Positions 25,268 through 39,337 of a DNA stretch of 64,000 bases are shown in pieces. This DNA is from Octopus sinensis (taxonomy: Eukaryota). Within the stretch, counting starts at the first letter, position 1, and each line of letters starts with the position of its first letter. A program made the position numbers and the translations under genes. The notes under the pieces were generated by a model that worked only from the letters and a program-made list of their open reading frames with translations, made no database searches and was not told the DNA's origin. The DNA lies in contig NC_043008.1 in assembly GCF_006345805.1 (NCBI RefSeq), positions 61,194,001-61,258,000 of the forward strand. The letters are read 5' to 3'.

Positions 25268-26668
25268 GATACATATGAACGTACTCGAAAGCACACGTAC
25301 GCATGCAAACGCCCTCGCACGCACACGGCCGCCCACTAACGCGCCTACGAGATAGTACATCCGTACGTAAATTCATTACTTGAAAATATAAACGGTTTGA
25401 TAATTATAGAAACCTCTTAAAATCGGTTTTGATATTCCGTCTGAAGTGCTTCAATTTCATAAATTATACAACGTGAATTACTGAAGTTTGAAATCGTCAA
25501 AAACACGATTGCAAATCCTCTATTACTACGTAAAATAGATGGAACGTGAAATCGTTGAATTCCATATACTTTTCAATGTTTATATATGTAAATGCGATTA
25601 TTGCTTATACTGATTTTAATTACGCTATTCCATATTAGAAGGTGCTCCACTCATACCGTCATTGCACTTCTCAAAGGAATCTAAGGGTTTTAGAATGCAT
25701 TCTCCAATTCCACTTCAAGAGAAAACTGAATTGTTTCAATCTAAAGTCTAATTTATGTTCATCATAACGTATTTCTTAAAATCAAATCCTTGATATGAGA
25801 GTGGCATATGAAGTATTATGTCGTACGTATCAGAAAAAAATATATGTAATAGAAAGATGGAATAGAAATAATGCATATATACAGCCAGTGCTGCTTTGTG
25901 GTTTCTGCATGGTATATTTTCTAATTAATCTCATCGAATTAGCTGAAGTTTTGTAAGCTTGATGCATATCTTACTTGTATCAAAAAATGAAGTGAATCTT
26001 CATAAGACATATATACGCTACCTATACCTATCATAGTGATTCCAGAATAACTAGTGTAATCAGCATTATATAGCCTCGTTCGAAATAATATCTATGCCGG
26101 TTGATATCTAATTCTTATGTTCTATTTATAGTTGAAACCTACTAAATTTAAATTGGTTATTTAAGATGTGTGCAACTTCACTGTTGGTTGACTTGCTAAA
26201 TCTAGCAACTCACGTGACCGTTTTCTAATACACAAAACATTGGAGAGTGTTTTTATTCATTCATTGTGGCGGGTCTAATTTGCCCGTAATAACGATTCTC
26301 CTCAATCAGGGCTGACCTGGAGTTAAACAATAACATTAATAAAAATAAGAACACAAAACGCTTAACACAAGATTCTATTGAAACACTTCACACTCCACGC
26401 GGGCATTCACACTTCCTGAGCTGTCATTCCTTTCATCAATAAACACAATTAGAGATTGAATATATTAATCACTAGAATATGTATGATAACGAAATGGAAA
26501 ACCAGTGTAGTGGGATTCGACGATGAGTGCAACGGAATTGTCTAGTAATTGTCCAGATAGTTTACCTAATTTATAATTAACAATGCTATTAAACAGATCG
26601 ATATTTGCACGTGATCGTAAAGCAAGCGATAAATTTGAATGTATAGATAATCCAGTATCGGTTCTTAC

Positions 26669-26719
26669 TTGAATGACTGCTGCTAAGAATTCCACACAAC
26701 ACCGCCTGTAGCCAGTGAC
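26669..26719 (-). other. Candidate 51-nt exon (VTGYRRCCVEFLAAVIQ in phase 0, or HWLQAVLCGILSSSHS in phase 2)
   Basis: Minus strand: TATCTCGTTGCCCTTTGCTGTTAGACAG|exon|GTAAGA. GC-richer than its flanks and a multiple of 3. Confidence 0.25.
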
Positions 26720-27447
26720 CTGTCTAACAGCAAAGGGCAACGAGATATAAGTTTTAACGACAGTAACAATTAATATAACAATGAGATTTTTCCTTGTATT
26801 TATTTGCCAAAGTTAGTCCAAGTGTAACTTGTTGGTTCCGCCTTCTAAATAACTTACTCTGGCATGAAATAACTGAAGCTATTCATAAGGATATTAATAG
26901 TGATTCTAAAAGAGATATAAATATCACAGATAAGATTTGTTTCTTGGATATGATTTGATATAACCTCATATTTATCTCTATTGTTAAGTATGGTTCGGTT
27001 GTTTCATTTTTGCTATCAAACAATTTAATAAAAATTGAATTTCTATTAAATTTATTATCAGCAGAGATCAATACTTGTACCAGATTTGCAAACACATTTG
27101 GGTACATTATCGGGATTGAATATAACAATGTAATATAATTCTGTACTATGAACACGTACACAACTTTCTTAATCTTTTCATAAAGAAATAAGTAGAAATA
27201 TTCATACCTACTTACATATATATATATACGTATACATGTACATATTTGCATATATAGCCGCAAATATATATGTGTGTGAATATTCATACGCATATGTGAA
27301 TACCCGGAAATTTAATGTGCAGAGTGGTAGACAGCAAACGATGGTGGATCATTTGATAATCTATCTATCTAACTATCTATCTATCTATCTATCTATCTAC
27401 TTTTCAATCTTATAAACATACGTATATATAAATATATATATATATAT

Positions 27448-27488
<41 letters not shown>

Positions 27489-27559
27489 TTGTGTGTGTGT
27501 ATATATATATATGTACATATATAGATATATATGTATATATATGTAAGTATAAATATACA

Positions 27560-27613
<54 letters not shown>

Positions 27614-27741
27614 AATTTACAAAAAAAAACAAAAGACGAAAACGGGTGTGTACGCATACACATACACACATACGTATATATCGGTATCTCTAAACGATAT
27701 ATATTTGTTAATAAGTCCGTATACACATACAAGTACTCATG

Positions 27742-27785
<44 letters not shown>

Positions 27786-28292
27786 ATTATAATATATTGT
27801 ATATATTATATTATATCATATATTTATTATATTATATGATTTAGAGTTATTGTGTACCGCAGGATATTTTAGAACAAAGTGCAAAATGCATCGCAACGCA
27901 TGAATAATATATGTAATGCATCAGTTCTTGTCACATATAACAGAATGTCGAAACTTTGGTTATCTCCTTTGAGAAAAGCTAAAATGACCTTTGTCTCTCT
28001 TAATTAATGCTACTGGAAATACCGTACAATTCATTAGCAAATGGGCAAATATTGGTGGTAGGAATTGAAGTATACAGTGAAAGATTAGTCATGGCAAGTA
28101 TCTGATATAGAATTCTATTTATCCTCGTGTAAAATATATTTCCTAGTCTAAAATTTTTAACTCTCACGTGTTTCCTGTCTGAGATGACAGTGACCATACC
28201 CACATACACACACTCACAGACACTCGCACATAGGCACAAATACACACACACATACACGCAAATATTTCAATACATCTCCATATATAACGCAG

Positions 28293-28400
28293 ACTGCCAG
28301 AACTATTAGCACGCCGGCGAAAATGAGTTCAAATTGCACCGACGTCGACTTTGCTTTTCATCATATCGAGATCGATAAAATAAGTACCAGTTGAGAACTA
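28293..28400 (+). mobile_element. Family-B SINE fragment
   Basis: TTAGCACGCCGG..GAGTTCAAATT..GTCGACTTTGC..GATAAAATAAGTACCAGTTG. Confidence 0.7.
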
Positions 28401-28564
28401 GGTTTTCATTTCTCTTAAAATCTCTGGCCTTCAACCAAAGTAAGTGACTGATGTATATAAATACATATATACATATCTAATGCATAGATAAATATATGTA
28501 CGCATATATTTATGTACATACACACACACGCACACATAAACACACACACACACACACACGTATG

Positions 28565-28603
<39 letters not shown>

Positions 28604-29037
28604 ACACATAAACAAAGACACACACATATAGTAGAATAATAAAGAGAAAGTTCTTGGTACACTATTATATATATATATTTGGAAGAATGAGTAGAGATGG
28701 CTCTTTTGATGCAATAATTTTTATTTTAATCTTAATAATGATGTTTACACTGAGTTAAAACCATCTCTGCTCATTCTTTCATATATATATATATATAAAG
28801 TCTATAATTATAAGCACAATTATAATTAGGGTTCAGGAAAAATTTCTTCACCACATACCGAAATTTAGAAATAGCAGTTAAATACTATTCCACTCCAATA
28901 AGATATCTCCCAGACAGTAATACTCTCAACTCACGCAGGTATAAGGTTACCGATAATGGTTCTTTTAACATACCGAACTACTTGTTAAAATTATTAATTA
29001 TTAATTGATTAATTAAGTTTACCCTTTATTATTATTG

Positions 29038-29094
<57 letters not shown>

Positions 29095-29099
<5 letters not shown>

Positions 29100-29936
29100 C
29101 GAGTGTGTGTTTGTTTAAAATTATTCATTAAGAGAATGAATGAAGGAGAGCATTTAGGATGGAAGAGATAAAAAGTAAAACAAATGTTTCTCAAAACGCA
29201 CCAAACGTATTGGTAAAATTGATAATTATTTTTTAGATACTAAGGCGTCTACTTGGCAGCATATTTACTGCGGAAAACAAAACGCATAGCGACATTCTTC
29301 TGACTGCATGTCCTGAGTTAAAATACAGTAAAATAAGTAAACTCAGCGAAGAGCGACATGGGTTTAAATTAACCCAATCATATACTTCATGTTCCTTATG
29401 TTCAAATTCCTAACAGTAATTGATCGTACTGGATATGTATAAATTGATTCAATTTCTTTAGCATTTCTTTTTAATTAATAGATCTTAATACCTTATTCAT
29501 AGGTCCTGGCACTACTAAGGCAGCGTCATTATGAAAGATGTGCCAGAAACCTCACATTAATTAGATTGGATGAACATTAAATGAACCCCATTGATCAAGG
29601 GTACAGAGAATATACATTATGTTCTTGCACCAGACACCCTAAACCTTAACCCACCCGCTTAGACTAATTGTTAAAATTGCAGCTAAAATTATTATCACTT
29701 CCCATTTTTATGCGTTTTATAAAATCATGATATAATGGAAAGGAGTTTCATAGACGAATCCTTTGGATTATAAGGCAGGTGATTACTTAATGAAAGCGAT
29801 AGAAATAAACCATTTCATCTTCGTTATGATGTGATTGTATTGCGAGATAGCAGTATCTAATGCATAGATAAATATATGTACGCATATATTTATGTACATA
29901 CATACACACACACAAACACCCCTCCCCATATATATA

Positions 29937-29993
<57 letters not shown>

Positions 29994-30840
29994 CGAGTGT
30001 GTGTTTGTTTAAAATTATTCATTAAGAGAATGAATGAAGGAGAGCATTTAGGATGGAAGAGATAAAAAGTAAAACAAATGTTTCTCAAAACGCACCAAAC
30101 GTATTGGTAAAATTGATAATTATTTTTTAGATACTAAGGCGTCTACTTGGCAGCATATTTACTGCGGAAAACAAAACGCATAGCGACATTCTTCTGACTG
30201 CATGTCCTGAGTTAAAATACAGTAAAATAAGTAAACTCAGCGAAGAGCGACATGGGTTTAAATTAACCCAATCATATACTTCATGTTCCTTATGTTTAAA
30301 TTCCTAACAGTAATTGATCGTACTGGATATGTATAAATTGATTCAATTTCTTTAGCATTTCTTTTTAATTAATAGATCTTAATACCTTTATTCATAGGTC
30401 CTGGCACTACTAAGGCAGCGTCATTATGAAAGATGTGCCAGAAACCTCACATTAATTAGATTGGATGAACATTAAATGAACCCCATTGATCAAGGGTACA
30501 GAGAATATACATTATGTTCTTGCACCAGACACCCTAAACCTTAACCCACCCGCTTAGACTAATTGTTAAAATTGCAGCTAAAATTATTATCACTTCCCAT
30601 TTTTATGCGTTTTATAAAATCATGATATAATGGAAAGGAGTTTCATAGACGAATCCTTTGGATTATAAGGCAGGTGATTACTTAATGAAAGCGATAGAAA
30701 TAAACCATTTCATCTTCGTTATGATGTGATTGTATTGCGAGATAGCAGTATCTAATGCATAGATAAATATATGTACGCATATATTTATGTACATACATAC
30801 ACACACACAAACACCCCTCCCCATATATATATATATATAT
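29095..30840. repeat. Near-identical tandem duplication, unit about 894-895 bp, with (TA)n at the junctions
   Basis: GAGTGTGTGTTTG.. at 29101 and 29995. In the parts I compared I found one substitution (29403/30297) and one 1-bp indel. Confidence 0.9.
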
Positions 30841-32739
30841 ATACATATACATAAACACACATAAACAAAGACACACACATATAGTAGAATAATATGATAT
30901 TTCATCATATCGAGATCGATAAAATTACTTAATTAGCCAACTAGACATAATAACCAAATATCCTTTCAACTACATAACCAAAATTTAGAAATAGCAGTTA
31001 AATATATGTGTGTGTATCTGTATTCATATATTTAAATAAAAATGCATATACATTTACATAGTTTTCCTCATGTTCACACACGTCCTCAAACATCCACACA
31101 CGCATATATAAATATATATTCTGATTTATATTATATAAATCCTCCCAATTTAAGATGATATAAACTGTGTTCGATATTGAGAATTTTGAAACGCCTTTCA
31201 CTAAAAACCAATCAACAAAGGCGTAGTCTGAGGTAAACAACATTAATATACGTATGCAAGAAGCAAGGAGCTAAATGAGAAACTGCTGATGCTTGATAAA
31301 TTTTTCGAAAATAACCTTACTAAAACTAAGATGTAAATGAAAATGACATTTTTAAAGCTTCTATATGGATACACGTGTCTGTAAGAAGTTGGTACCCATT
31401 CCCCTGTTGCTTTCATCTCTTCAAAGCAATCAATAGCGGTATACATATTACGACTTTCGTATCTAATGTATAAATAAAAGCTAATACATGAAAAATGTAT
31501 AATGGAAAATGTTAATGATATTTAATGCAAGCAAAATTGACATGCATGAAGTAGCCACTTCATTCTGAATCGCAACTTTCCAGGGTCAGAAGGTAAGAGT
31601 GTATATATGCAATGAGCTATCTATATATATATATACGATCGCACTATATACAACCATTTCTGTTTCAGTGGTATGACGTCGATTGTAAGCGTAATTGATT
31701 GTAAGTGAAGCAACAGACGAAGCGAACTTTATCCAATATAATTCTGTGAAAGGAATAATTTGTAAAAACTTTGATATTATAGAATATGGCAGTCACCTAG
31801 AATTTCTGTCAGATTTTCATTATGAGTGGTACATTAGGTGTAGATTACTGACAAGCGTTACTTTTCGCTAAAACCGATTCGCCGAAGGCTACTCTTTACT
31901 GGCACTTTGCTATTACAACTCCGTTGAAAGGATCATATCATCGGTGCCAGACTGGAGATCAGAGAGGTCAAACTAGCTATGAAATCAAGTCATTATCTAC
32001 TTTGATGCAACTTACAACAATACTTAAAAAACATGCAAACGAAAGAAACGGCGTAAATGATTCTAAGTTGGTAACATCAAAAAGTAAATTTTCAGATACA
32101 AGATGGATTTTCTCCTTACCCTCTCTATATAAGAAAGAGTAGTTCCTCGGTTCATTAATGGTTTACTTTACCAAAAGGAAGTAATTCTATCTTAATGCTA
32201 CATTATTTCTGCTTAACCTCACATTTAGCTCACGCAAAAGAACGTAATGATATATTTTTGAAGGTTTTCATATGTATGTCTGCTAGATTAACAAAATAAT
32301 CTCGCAGAGTTCCCTGATTTCAGGTTGTTCTTTAATATTCAGCAGTCTCGGTGTCTGACCGCTTTTCAATTATAAAGTTATATTAACTTATATTAGAAGC
32401 ATCAATCTCCAATTCATAAAGATTATATTGTAGTTATCTTATCGAAGCGTTTCAGATAATTCCTGACATAAGGTTAATGTCTTTTCCCCTTGTGAAATAT
32501 AAGTTTTAAAAACTGACACTTCTAGTTTGGCAATAAGAGAGAACGTTACGTCTTCTTTCTACTCAGCTGTATACTTCTATATACTATAGACAGTTCTACT
32601 TATGTATTTGATGAGATCTACTTAAAGTTTTAAACTCTCAAATGTCTTTATTAATAAACCTATTGTACATATATGGACAACACACGCACACATTCATATA
32701 CCGCATCATATAAATGTATATATATATATATGTACGTGT

Positions 32740-32783
<44 letters not shown>

Positions 32784-34763
32784 TCATAAATATATCTGTA
32801 CATATGTGTATGTATTTTTATTCATATATTTATATATAAACGCATATTCATTTACATAGTTTTCTTCATTTCACACACGTCCTCAAACATCTACTACACA
32901 CACATATATGAATATATATTCTGAATTATATTATATAAATTCGTGTATTTCTGTGTATGTCTACGTATGTCTATATATGTCCTAACATTATCAATGGCGT
33001 AGTAAAGTGTGTATTTTTTTGCATACTGGATTTTCTACAGGAGAAAGCATTGCGTGTGTGGAAAGACATTTAAGCGATTCAGCCGTTTAAGAGATTCGGA
33101 AAAGTCATAACTAAATGCAGTTAGTTTGATTAATTTATTACTACGATTTAGCAATTCGTTAAGGGGATGTTTCTATGATGCAACGCATTTGGAAGTATTT
33201 AAAAACTACAAACAGTGTTAATGAAAATCGTGTGCGAGAATTGTGTTTGTCTTCAAACCTTTTTCTCTCATACGATTACGATTTTCTGGTACAGAAGGGA
33301 TGATTTCGCCACATACTTACGTGTTACCTATAAGTAAATCATACAGAGAAGGGCTAAGATTAAGAAGTAAAGCAGTGCATATACATCTTATTTTACTGCG
33401 ATGAATGCAAAATCACAAGTAATATACATAAAACTGAAATTATGTTATAAGCAGCACATTATATAAGCAGCACGTTATATGTGCGATGTGTACATGGTAA
33501 TATAATAACGGTTTTCGCCATCACTACCAGCATTTGCAAAAAATTCCCCCACCGAATGCCTTCAGTAGAATCTATAGAACCATTCGTTTTCCAGCTCTAG
33601 ATTATGGAAGAGGTATAAAGAGCCTTTGGTCTGCCAAATGTACTCTCTGTCTATGAAACGAGAACTGTTTGCAGCAGGTATGCTGTGAAACATTACGGAG
33701 TCTCAAAATCGAACTGATAACTGAATGGTCCTGTTACCAACAACCTTAGCTATTCATAAATTTTATCATAATCATCATCTATGTGTAGTCTAACTAGGAA
33801 AATATACTTCTGTACACTTTAACACGTGTGTGAAGAGTCTATAAATGCTGTAGGCTAATACTAAAATACAATATTACTAATAAATTTAAAAGAAGAGACT
33901 AAAACTTCTGATAGTTATCTGCGTTTGAGAGTAAAATATTCTCATATGACAAATAGATTTTATTAAAATGTTATCCGAAACACTTTATGTAGATGAAAAT
34001 CTACTTTTCAAATATTTGCAGCAGATTCGTGTTGTGAATAGAATTAGACGAGAAGCAATAATAGGAACGACATGTTATAAAATCAGTCACAATATTGGAT
34101 GCACGAATGAAGCCTAATGGAACGAGAAGGCTAGAACATAGAGGTGTGGTTTAGTACTTAAATTACGGTTTTGAATTAAAATATTTCCGCCTTTGTAGCT
34201 CGGTTGCAGCCGTGTCATCGTGTACATATTTGAAGATTTTATCGATTTTTCCTTGACTATCGATAATTTGATTTGCATTTGCTAGCTGCCGACTATTTCT
34301 TAAAAACTGTTAAGTGTCATTTCCAAATATATTTGCAGCATTTAGTTGCGTTAACTTCGTACCTGATTTCAGGTTTCTAGAAATGCCTTCACCGATGCTT
34401 TCCTTTTCTTTATCTATTGGCACTGATATACATACCAGTAATATATACGGTTGTGTTTAATTTAAGTCAACTAGATGAACTTCAAATAAAGATAGAGTCT
34501 GATTTCCCATAACATTATAGAACAAACTCAACTTTGCTACACCAAATAAGTTTCAGACAATTATTTATTTCTGCTTTTGTGAAAACAGTCATGGATATAT
34601 AGAATTCCATTCGATGCCACTAAATGGTGCTTTCGACACGTTTCTCTCAAAGGTATCCCTGTTTCACAAATACCATATTGTCATATTTTTGAAGGGGGAA
34701 CTCTGAGAAAAAGCACCGTCAGTATCAACGTTTATATACATTTGCAGCATCACATTATATCTC

Positions 34764-35006
34764 GCAATGGTCTAGTGGTTAGGGCAGCGTACTTGCGGTC
34801 GGAGGATCGTGGTTTCGATTCCCAGACCGGACGTTGTGTGTGTTTATTGAGCGAAGAAACCTAAAAGCTCCACGATGCTCCAACACTTTCGCCACAACTT
34901 TCTCTCACTCTCTCTTCCCGTTTCTTTCCTGGAGGGAACACATACGCCTCAGAAACCGGGAAACCGGGCCCATGAGCCTGGCTAGGCTAGAAAAGGGCGA
35001 AATCAA
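34764..35006 (+). mobile_element. tRNA-derived SINE (family A) with 12-bp TSD
   Basis: TGGTCTAGTGG and GGTTTCGATTCC boxes. TSD ACATTATATCTC at 34752-34763 and 35007-35018. Confidence 0.9.
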
Positions 35007-36589
35007 ACATTATATCTCAGGAATAGGACTAAATATCTCTCGGTTCCTAACAGCATTTCAACTCGTCGTCGTTTATTTACAAAAGTTCCTTTCTTGAGAC
35101 AACACCTAATGTGTTGTCTTATACAAAGCTCTTATACCTAACCAAAGTCATGAGTTGAACTGCAACGATTAAGGCGAATTACTCTGAGAAGCCAGAGACA
35201 ATAAGTAAAAATAATTCAATAATCTTACCAGGATTCTCGCACATAATCTATTGTCGAATGTGTTTGAGGTATCTCGATAAACTTAGAAAAAATATTTTTT
35301 ATTAATAACTCACCAAGCATGCTCAACTATTGTTTTTGAAAACTTGCATCAACTTTTTCTTTTGAAAATTTGCACCTGTTTAACATCTGTATTCTTACGT
35401 AAGTTTCTAAACACAGACATAGCACAAATTTCGTCTGACTACAACACAATAAAATGATTAATCAGTTGTAGCTTGTCAGATTTTTAGAAAATCAAGACTA
35501 TGTAGCAATCGAAAGCTACTTGCACCATATGAGCTAATAACAAGAAAACACTCATGAAGCGAATATGAAGTGATTCTATGATGCTTAATAGATTATGGTT
35601 AATTGCGACAATAGACTTCGTTGGAGCGATCAGTATTAAAGATGCTTGAATTTTGGTTACATTTTTCACTCTATTAGCCAATTATGAATGTGTTTTATTG
35701 GAATTCAGCTATTTGCATTTTCGAAGTTTTAGAGCTTCTTATTTTTAAGTCTTCGAAATATTTGATTATATTGTGTGATTACATCGTGTCACATATTTTA
35801 AGCGCTATATTTTTTTTTCCAAATTCGGAGCAAATGTGTATAGTATTACAGCATCTGATATTTGACATCAAAGTGCTTCCCTATTTTCTCATGTATCGTA
35901 TTCTTACTTATACACAAAACCACATGTATCATTATTTCTTTACGTTTATAGGTTTGCGGTTTCACCCTTTAATAGCATTAACAATATGGATATGAATATC
36001 GTTACACACGCATGCATACATGTATGTGTGACAGAGTGTGTGTAATTCTATTTCCCTTGTACGTAACTTGTTTTACATTCATCTAACTTTACTTGAAATT
36101 TATTCAATCAAAATTACTGGGTATTCTTCAGTCGTATCATTCTTTTGAGAATAGTCCTAGAATTTCTGATCCATTATAATGTATTTATTTCATGAAATGC
36201 AAAAACACGTTTTTGATACTCAAATTTGGAGTCCGTATTTGCATTTTTACCTCTTGAAACAAGAAATACTGCCAGATCTGAATTGGCAGCGATCCAATTC
36301 AAAATATTCCTCTGTGCTGACACCAACATAATCTTCGAACGTACATATCTGATTGAATGGCATTAGGATTTAAATATTTCAACGTTTCTATCTGATGACA
36401 GTTCTGACATCTGAACCATAATATATTTCGGAATGTTCAACACTTTTCCTTTCGCTCTTTATCTGCCCAATATACACCGCCACGAAGTTATTTGAGGTAC
36501 CACTGGTATATAGTACTAATTTGCTTAATTTTACAATCATTAGAAAATTTTCTCTGAATGTTCATATTTACCACTTAACCATGTCTGAT

Positions 36590-37923
36590 ACTTTTTTCTT
36601 ATGTACTATTATTATTATTATTATTATGGGGAAAACTTTACAAGGCTATAACCTTCAGTGGAATCAGCTTCGATGTCTTACCGTTGATGGAGGAAAATAC
36701 ATGGCGGGAATGAGAAAAGGGTCTAGTGGGTAAGATCAGGACTAAGATAGAAACTCTTCATCTTCCGGGACTCTTTTATACACTGCATCATACATCAACA
36801 AGCACTCTGTGGGAACGACAGTTATTTCTTGTGTACTGAAACCAGTCATTTCTGCGATGAACCTCATTCGGAATCATATCCTTAACCACCGCCAATTCCA
36901 AGCTTTTCTTGGAGAAATTGATTCTGAATTCTGTGACTTGCCTTATCGCACAGCAATGAGGCTGCTTAGCTGCGATAAAGTCTTCTTTCATTTTAATAAG
37001 TTTCGAAGAGAAATAGATACTTTCTCACCGGAGAGGATAGAGTTAATACACATCTGTCAGATACTACCTGACTGTCAAAACTTTCATTTTTGGCTGACAT
37101 CATATCCCACATGAATGAATTAAACCTGGAACTTTAGGGAAAGGATAATCTTATCTGTGATCTCTATAGAAACATTAAAGAATTTTGGAGGAGGGTATTA
37201 TTGTTTGAAACGCAACTAGAAGGAGGAAACTTCTCTCGTTTTCAGTGTTTTAAGAGCTTAGCGCTGGAATCGCACAGATGTTAACCTCGAATTGCTGAAA
37301 ATTATTCGTGATTTAAATAAACATCGTTTGGAGAGATTTTCAGATCTCGACAGCATTGAGAATGACATTCTTCTGCTTCAGAATCTGTTTGATTGTAAAC
37401 TTGATGTCATGTCAGTGGAACTACGGTTGGTGCTCATTGATTTGAAAGCAAATGACTCGTTGAAAAAGAAGCAGAGAGAAGGAAAACTTGTTGAACAGCT
37501 TCGTTTCTTACGTGATGATGAGTTTTCAAATTTGAAGAAATTTGCCTCTGGTATGGCATCTGTATTTGAAACAACTTATGTCTGTGAAGTCAATACATCA
37601 AACGAGGTTGACTAATAATCATTTCAAAGCAATTCTCTTGGATCGATGCAGCAATTCCAAAGCAAATATTGATAATAGCTTAAAATATCAACAACAGCCT
37701 CACAAATCTCACTAACCAATTTTGCTGCTTAGTTTGTGAGATTCGGATATGTGCGCAATGGGTGTGCTTCACCTCCTTTCACAACATTCCGGTAAATAAA
37801 TATGTTGGTTGTCTTTAATTTTTCGTGTATTCGCTGTATTGTATTGTGGAAAATGGTCATGCTGCCCGCGCTCGTCATCTCTCAGTTATCTGGCCCGCTG
37901 TGAAAGATGATTTTTGGTCCCTG
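36590..37923 (+). mobile_element. 5'-truncated hAT (Charlie/SPIN-like) transposon relic
   Basis: QWNQLRCLTVDGG; HCIIHQQALC; NHRQFQAFLGEIDSEFCDLPY; FSDLDSIE..FASGMASVFETTYVCE; TRLTNNHF..HKSH* (ends 37715). Terminal ..TGGCCCGC..GGTCCCTG near 37923. Confidence 0.85.
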
Positions 37924-38009
37924 GTCTATGCTGATAAATCGAATGCGTTTTATGAAAACTATGCCAGTAATTCACAAATGTTATTTGTGAATATTTGCAA
38001 TACATTAGA

Positions 38010-38172
38010 AGCAGTCGACCTTTGCGTGCTGAGTTCCAATCCCGCCGAGGTCGACTCTGCCTTTCATCTTTTTGGTCTTGGTAGATTAAGTATCAGTTGC
38101 CTACTAGGGTTGATCTAATCGACTGGTCCCCCTCAAGAAAAATTTCAGACCTTGTGCCTAGAGTAGAAAGAA
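38010..38172 (+). mobile_element. Family-B SINE, 5'-truncated
   Basis: GAGTTCCAATCCCGCCGAGGTCGACTCTGCCTTTCATC..CCTTGTGCCTAGAGTAGAAAG. Confidence 0.8.
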
Positions 38173-39075
38173 TACGTTGGCTTAATCACATTCTGCTGGT
38201 ATATAATGTATCCAAAATGTTGTTGTGAGAGATTCCAAACGATTTCTAGACTACGAAGAAATACAATAGATGTGGTAATATCAACTGTATTAATATTTTT
38301 ATTGCAATGATCACCAGTAACAAGAATATAAGTAATGCTATTAAGATAATGATTTTTTGGCTATTAATGTCACAAGCTTCATTTCCCTTGCTTTCAGTAA
38401 TACGAAAAGTATGGTAATGTTCATATGTTACATCTTCGGATGCTGGTTTCACTAAATAATTTCCTCAGCTGTGCAAGTATATTAACATGCTCTGTCATTG
38501 AGTATCGTTTTATTTAGTCCATCCTGATTCAGTATGGGGATGTTAGTTACTAATATCGTTGCATTGATTAATTGTATACTCGTATGATTGAGTGTGTATG
38601 CAAGTCTATGCTTATATGCATATGTATACGCATATGTATGTATATATGTGCGTGCGTATTTGTGTGTGTATCAGAGTATGTATATGTGTGTATGTGTGTG
38701 TATGTATGTGCGTGTATGTATGTGTGTGTATGATTATATATACCTATGAACATATACGGAAATTGAAAGTGGGTTACCATAACTGAATGCCGTTTTCCTT
38801 TTTAATAGTGTTTTGGAACGCAAAGCGCTTATATTTAACCCCTGGCATTGTGTAGGGCTAACTCTTTCTGATTTCATGACACATGCACACACACAAACAC
38901 ACACACGCAATTATTTTAAGTATATTTGCACTTATATTCAAAATAAGTACAAATATTATATAAACTGTATTCATACTTGCTAACAGTTTCTTTATGCTCT
39001 TGGTCTGTTGTGCAATTATCAGATTGATACATACACATTCCACTGGTCAGCCTCCATTTACGCTCTACACTGAAA

Positions 39076-39108
<33 letters not shown>

Positions 39109-39337
39109 CAAATGAAAGACGGAAGATGGAATATGCGTGTCTTAGCAGTAATCTACCCATATACATATATGCGTACCATGGCTTTGTATGTGTGTTTGTA
39201 TTTACACATCATGCATACATGCAAGTACATGCATAAACATACCCACAAACACACACAGATATATATGTGTGTGTGTGTTTGGGCAATCGCATGTGTGTAT
39301 ACATGTGTGTATGTGTTTTTATAAGTTTCTGTGGTAG

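Noticed and set aside
36809-37615. Host GTF2IRD2/ZBED-like gene
   Set aside because: Frameshifted, 5'-truncated and retains a transposon end; best read as a hAT relic
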